Source of the DNA: an uncultured Acidobacteriota bacterium
GTDB taxonomy: Bacteria; Acidobacteriota; Thermoanaerobaculia; Multivoradales; UBA5704
DNA length: 64,000 nucleotides
Assembly: GCA_963770895.1 (NCBI GenBank)
Contig: CAVYRF010000002.1
Location: 416,001 to 480,000, forward strand
Direction: 5' to 3'
Position 1 is the first letter of the stretch. Every line of letters starts with the position of its first letter. A program made the translations under genes and the position numbers. The notes below the pieces were generated by a model. That model saw nothing but the letters and a program-made list of their open reading frames with translations. It was not told where the DNA came from and made no database searches. This document shows, piece after piece, positions 59,462 to 64,000 of this stretch.

Positions 59462-59956
59462 TCAGGCCGGCGGCGCCGCGTCGTCGCTCTTGATCAGGTT
59501 GGTGACGCCCGCGACGCCGGGCGTGCGGCGCACCAACTGCTCGACGGCGGCGCGATCCTGGGCGCGGCCGACGTGCCCCCACAGGGTCACCCGGCCGCCT
59601 TCCGCATCCACTTCGATCTGCAAGGCGCGCAGCTGCGGGTCGCCGGTCAGACGCGCCCGCACCCGCCCCGCAAGTCCCGCGTCGCCCGCTTCGATGCCGG
59701 TCTTGACCGGGTCCTCCGCAATGTCGACCGCCTTGGGGGCCGCCGGCTGGTTGCGCGCGGACGCAGCGCCGGCGCCGCCCGCTGGGTTGCCCCTGCCGCA
59801 GCCCAGGAGCGCTGCCGCAAGCAGCGCCGCCGGCAGGAGAACCGCCAGCGCCGAAGCACCGGCGCGGCCGCGCGGACGGGCGCGCCGTCGCGGGCGCCGG
59901 GGCGCCTGCAAGCCTTGACCAGGCCGGCGCCGGAGGTGAGGGCGGGGGTGGATCAT
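59462..59956 (-). CDS. BON-domain lipoprotein
   Basis: ALLGC lipobox; DAGLAGRVRARL...GRVTLWGHV...PGVAGVTNLI. Confidence 0.82.
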   Translation of the reverse strand: MIHPRPHLRRRPGQGLQAPRRPRRRARPRGRAGASALAVLLPAALLAAALLGCGRGNPAGGAGAASARNQPAAPKAVDIAEDPVKTGIEAGDAGLAGRVRARLTGDPQLRALQIEVDAEGGRVTLWGHVGRAQDRAAVEQLVRRTPGVAGVTNLIKSDDAAPPA

Positions 59957-59979
59957 GGCCTGTCCAGCGCTCGCCTGCC

Positions 59980-61038
59980 CTAGCCGCTGCGGTGGACGGC
60001 GGCCTGCCGCCGCCGGCCGCCGCCGAGGGTGACGATGCGGGCGGCGGGTGGATCGGCCGGTGGGCCCGCGGGCACGGCCACCGCGGCGGCGGCGCCGGCG
60101 ATGCGCTCGATCCCGCTGTAGACGTTGCAACGGTTGCCGCGCAGGAAGCCGACCAGCGTGATGCCGAAGCGGCGCGCCAGGTCGACCGCCAGGCTGCTGG
60201 GTGCCGACACGGAGCACACCAGGGCAAGGCCGGCGACGGCGCTCTTTTGCAGGATCTCGTAGCTGGTGCGGCCGCTCACCAGCAGCACGTGGTCGAACAG
60301 CGGCAGGCGGCCGCCGAGCAGCGCCCACCCCACCAGCTTGTCGAGCGCGTTGTGGCGCCCGACGTCTTCGCGCACCTCCAGCAGGTTGCCCTCGCGGTCG
60401 AACAGCGCCGCCGCATGCAGACCGCCGGTGGCGTCGAACAGCCCCTGGCTGCTGCGCAGCTTGGCCGGCAGCGACCGCAGCAGCGCCGGCGCCACGCGCG
60501 GTCCCGCCGGCAGCGCGCGCGGCATGCGCACGCTGAGAGTTTCCAGGCCCGCCTTGCCGCAGACACCGCAGGCGCTGGTGGCAAAGAAATGGCGTTCGAG
60601 CGACGCCAGCTCGGGCTCCCGGTCGCCGGTCAACGCAACTTCCAGGACGTTGCAAGGCAGGGCGTCGGCATCGCTTGCGTCGCCAGCGGGACCAGCGTCG
60701 GTAGCGGGGCCGGAGGGGCCGGAGGGGCCAGCATGGCCGAGATCGCCCAAGCCGCCGAGGTCCCCGAGATCGCCGAGATCGCCGGTGCCGCCGGCAAATC
60801 CGGCGAGGTCGCTGCGCTGGGCGATCACACCTTCCGCGTACAGGAAGCCCGCGGCAAGCTCCGCGTCGGCGCCGGGGGTGCGCATGGTCACCGCCACCGT
60901 CCGGCTGCCGCCCGTCCCCCAGCGCAGGCGGATCTCCAGCGGCTCTTCGGTGGCCAGCTGGTCGGGCGAGCCGGCGATGTCGTCGCCGTCGATCCGCCAC
61001 AACGTGGTCGCTGTCTTGCTAAGCTGGCGGCTGCTCAC
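59980..61038 (-). CDS. fdhD: Formate dehydrogenase accessory sulfurtransferase
   Basis: EEPLEI, TMRTPG, SACGVCG, TGGLHAAA, EDVGRHNALDK, VSGR, VSAPSSLAV. Confidence 0.93.
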   Translation of the reverse strand: MSSRQLSKTATTLWRIDGDDIAGSPDQLATEEPLEIRLRWGTGGSRTVAVTMRTPGADAELAAGFLYAEGVIAQRSDLAGFAGGTGDLGDLGDLGGLGDLGHAGPSGPSGPATDAGPAGDASDADALPCNVLEVALTGDREPELASLERHFFATSACGVCGKAGLETLSVRMPRALPAGPRVAPALLRSLPAKLRSSQGLFDATGGLHAAALFDREGNLLEVREDVGRHNALDKLVGWALLGGRLPLFDHVLLVSGRTSYEILQKSAVAGLALVCSVSAPSSLAVDLARRFGITLVGFLRGNRCNVYSGIERIAGAAAAVAVPAGPPADPPAARIVTLGGGRRRQAAVHRSG

Positions 61039-61092
61039 GCGCGCGCACCTCCGAGTGCCAGCTTCTCACATCGCGGCGGCCGGCGCGAGGCG

Positions 61093-64000
61093 TGCATGCT
61101 GGAGTCACTGCCATGGGCCTGGAGCAATACCGCAAGAAGCGCGATTTCTCCCGCACCCCCGAACCCGCCGGCGCGCCCGGACGGAAGCAGGTCACCGCCG
61201 CCAAGGTGCAGGGCCTCGGCTTCGTGGTGCAGAAGCACGCCGCCAGCCGCCTGCACTACGACTTCCGCCTGGAGCTGGACGGCGTGCTCAAGAGCTGGGC
61301 GGTGCCCAAGGGTCCCAGCCTGGATCCGCACGAAAAGCGCCTGGCCGTCCAGGTCGAAGACCATCCGATCGAATACGGCGACTTCGAGGGCATCATCCCC
61401 ACCGGCCAGTACGGCGGCGGCACCGTGCTGCTGTGGGACCGCGGCCTGTGGGCCTCGTTCGAGGGCGACGCGGCCGAATCCTTCGCCAAGGGCAAGCTCA
61501 AGCTGGTGCTGATGGGAGAAAAGCTGCGCGGCGGTTGGACCCTGGTGCGCATGCACGGTCCGCGCGCCGGCGAGCGCGGCGAAAACTGGCTGCTGATCAA
61601 GGAGAACGACGACACCGCGCAACCCGGCAGCGGCGACGCCCTGGTGCGCGACCGCGCAGCCAGCGTCTTGAGCGGCCAGACCATCGAGCAGATCGCCGCC
61701 GACCCACCGCGCGTGTGGCAATCCAAGGGCGGCGACGACGCCGACGCGACAAAGCATGCCGCCACCAAGCATAAGGACGAGGCACCCGCCGAGCGCGCCG
61801 CGCGAGCCTCGGCCAGGACGGCAAGCGCCAAGCGCACCACGGCAGGCAAGGCCGGCGGCAAGGCGAAGCGCTCCACCGGCAAAGCCGCCGCGGACGCCGG
61901 CAAGGACGCCCCCCGGGCGGACCTTGCGGAGCTGGCGGCGGCGGTGCCGGGAGCGCGCCGGGCGGCGATGCCGGCGGCGATCGAGCCGCAGCTGGCGACG
62001 CTGGCGAGCGAGCCGCCGGAGGGCGACAGCTGGTTGCACGAGATCAAATTGGACGGCTACCGCGCGCTCTGCGAGCTGCGGCGCGGCAAGGTGCGTCTGC
62101 TCACCCGGCGCGGCAAGGACTGGAGCGACCGCTTCGCCGCGGTGGCGGCGGCGGCGGCAAACTTGCCGGTGGAATCGGCGATCCTGGACGGCGAGGTCAC
62201 CGTGCTGCAGGCGGACGGCACCACCAGCTTCCAGGCGCTGCAGGACGCGCTGAGCGACGGCGGCGGCCAGCCCGGTTCCGGCCTGGTCTATTTTGTCTTC
62301 GACCTGCTCTACCTGGACGGCTGGGACCTGCGGGCGGCGCCGCTGCTGGCGCGCAAGGACCTGCTGCGGCAGCTGCTCGCGGCCGGCGGTGCGGCAGCGC
62401 CGGCGGTCGAGGCCGGAGGCCCCCCGGCCGGCGGCCGGGGAGAACCTGCGGCACACGACACCCTCCGCTTCAGCGATCACGTCGCCGGCCAGGGCCAGGA
62501 CGTCTTTCGCGCCGCCTGCCGCCACCACCTGGAGGGCATCGTGTCGAAGCGCGCCGACCGGGCCTGGCACGCCGGCCGCGGTCCCGACTGGCTGAAGGTG
62601 AAGTGTCACCAGCGCCAGGAGGTGGTGATCGGCGGCTTCACCGACCCGCAGGGCACGCGCGCCGGCCTGGGCGCCCTGCTGATGGGGGTCTTCGACGGCA
62701 GCAAGCTCCTGTACTGCGGCAAGGTCGGCACCGGCTTCAGCGCGTCGACCCTGCTCCATCTGCACCGGCAGCTCAAGCGCCTCGAACGCGCCAGCCCACC
62801 CTTCGACAACCCGCCGCGCGGCGCCGAAGCGCGCGGCGCGCATTGGATCGAGCCCAAGCTGGTGGCCGAAGTCGCCTTCGCCGAGTGGACCCGCGACGGC
62901 CACCTGCGCCAACCGTCCTTTCTGGGCCTGCGCGAAGACAAGCCGGCGCAGCAGGTCGTGCGCGAGCGGCCGGCGGCGGCGCCGGCCGGCGATCCCGACG
63001 ACCAGGCGGCCGCGACCGGCAGCCGCAAATCGGCAGACGCCAAAGCCGCCGCCGGCAAGGCCACGCCTCAGGGCACCGGCGGCGGTGCCAGCGGCGGCGG
63101 TGCCAGCGGCGGCGGTGCCGGCGGCGGCAGGCGGGCGAGCACCGGCAAGGCGGCGGCGGTGGAGGTCGCCGGCGTCAAGCTCACCCATCCCGAGCGGGTG
63201 CTGTATCCCGGCATCGGGCTCACCAAGCGCGACCTGGCCCTGTTCTACGAGCGCATTGCCGACTGGGCCCTGCCCCATCTGACCGGCAGGCCGCTGTCGC
63301 TGGTGCGGTGCCCCGACGGGCAGGCCGGCCAGTGTTTCTACCAGAAGCACATCTCCGACCAGTTTCCGGCGTCGGTCAACCGCGTGCCGATCGAAGAGGG
63401 GGGCAAGACCGTCCTCTACCCGATGGTCGACTCGCCCGCCGGCCTGGTGGCGCTGGTGCAGATGGGAGTGCTCGAAACGCACGTGTGGGGCGCCCATGCC
63501 GACCAGGTCGAGCGCCCCGACTATGCCGTCTTCGACCTGGACCCCGACGAGGGGCTGCCCTGGGAACCCATCGCCGAGGCCGCCCTGGAGCTGCGCGACC
63601 TGCTGGCCGCCGGCGGCCTCACCAGCTTCCTCAAGACCACCGGCGGCAAGGGCCTGCACGTGGTGCTGCCGCTCGCCCGCCGGCAGGAATGGGACGACCT
63701 GAAACTGTTCTGCCGCACCGTCGCCGAAGCGCTCGCCACCGCGCGGCCCGACCGCTACACCGCCAACCCGCTCAAGGCCCGCCGCAAAGGGCGCATCTAC
63801 GTCGACTACCTGCGCAACGGCCGCGGTTCCACCTCGATCGCCGCCTACTCCGGCCGCGCGCGGCCGGGTGCGCCGGTGTCGACGCCGCTCGCCTGGGAGG
63901 AGCTCGAAGGCCCGGTGCGCGCCAACACCTACACGGTCGAAAACCTCCCCCAACGGCTGGAAAAGCTGGCCGCCGACCCCTGGCAGGACATCGCCACCGT
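61093..64000 (+). CDS. ligD: NHEJ DNA ligase D (phosphoesterase, ligase and polymerase domains; 3' end beyond the window)
   Basis: MGLEQYRKKRDFSRTPEP, VQKHAASRLHYDFRLE, KSWAVPKGPS; EIKLDGYR, EGIVSKR, WLKVK; THPERVLYP, FDLDP, KTTGGKGLH, DYLRNG. Confidence 0.96.

Noticed and set aside
59400-61080. GG-N10-GC sigma-54-like elements upstream of the BON gene and ligD
   Set aside because: Matches are weak and expected by chance at this GC content.

Overview
Very GC-rich bacterial chromosomal segment. Several protein families here look typical of Acidobacteriota, probably Thermoanaerobaculia (inference): the 'xCLxxGRFxVxxxW' and 'FYTxTPCRIVDTR' C-terminal domains and a zinc-finger+TPR protein. Contents in order: cyanophycin locus (cphA cut by the window edge, cphB, and a divergent CphA-like ligase with no ATP-grasp domain); a lower-GC pair of secreted proteins (TIMP/NTR-like protein + metzincin protease with Ig-like domains); YfhO-like membrane protein; SEC-C protein; YbjQ; a frameshifted small membrane gene; two tandem-repeat arrays, one nested inside a MITE-like element whose intact copy lies at ~54.9-55.1 kb; ABC ATPase + ABC-2/M1-aminopeptidase fusion; regulator-SDR-QueA-like operon; second secreted metzincin; orphan cobQ; MFS; kinase/receiver/EAL operon; SBP-dacB-S9 peptidase; glycosylation genes; BMP/nucleoside ABC transporter; nuclease-DinG helicase; prfC; third metzincin; ABC-2 exporter; an XRE-HTH / Zn-finger-TPR / small secreted peptide (...TINPDG) module with a perfect 23-bp palindrome; MarC; two BON lipoproteins; fdhD; ligD (cut by the window edge). 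I saw no tRNA, rRNA, CRISPR array or transposase. Best novelty candidates: the peptide-TPR-HTH module, the TIMP-like/metzincin pairing, the CphA paralog lacking its G domain, and the array-carrying MITE. All family calls come from motif recognition by eye; no searches were run.
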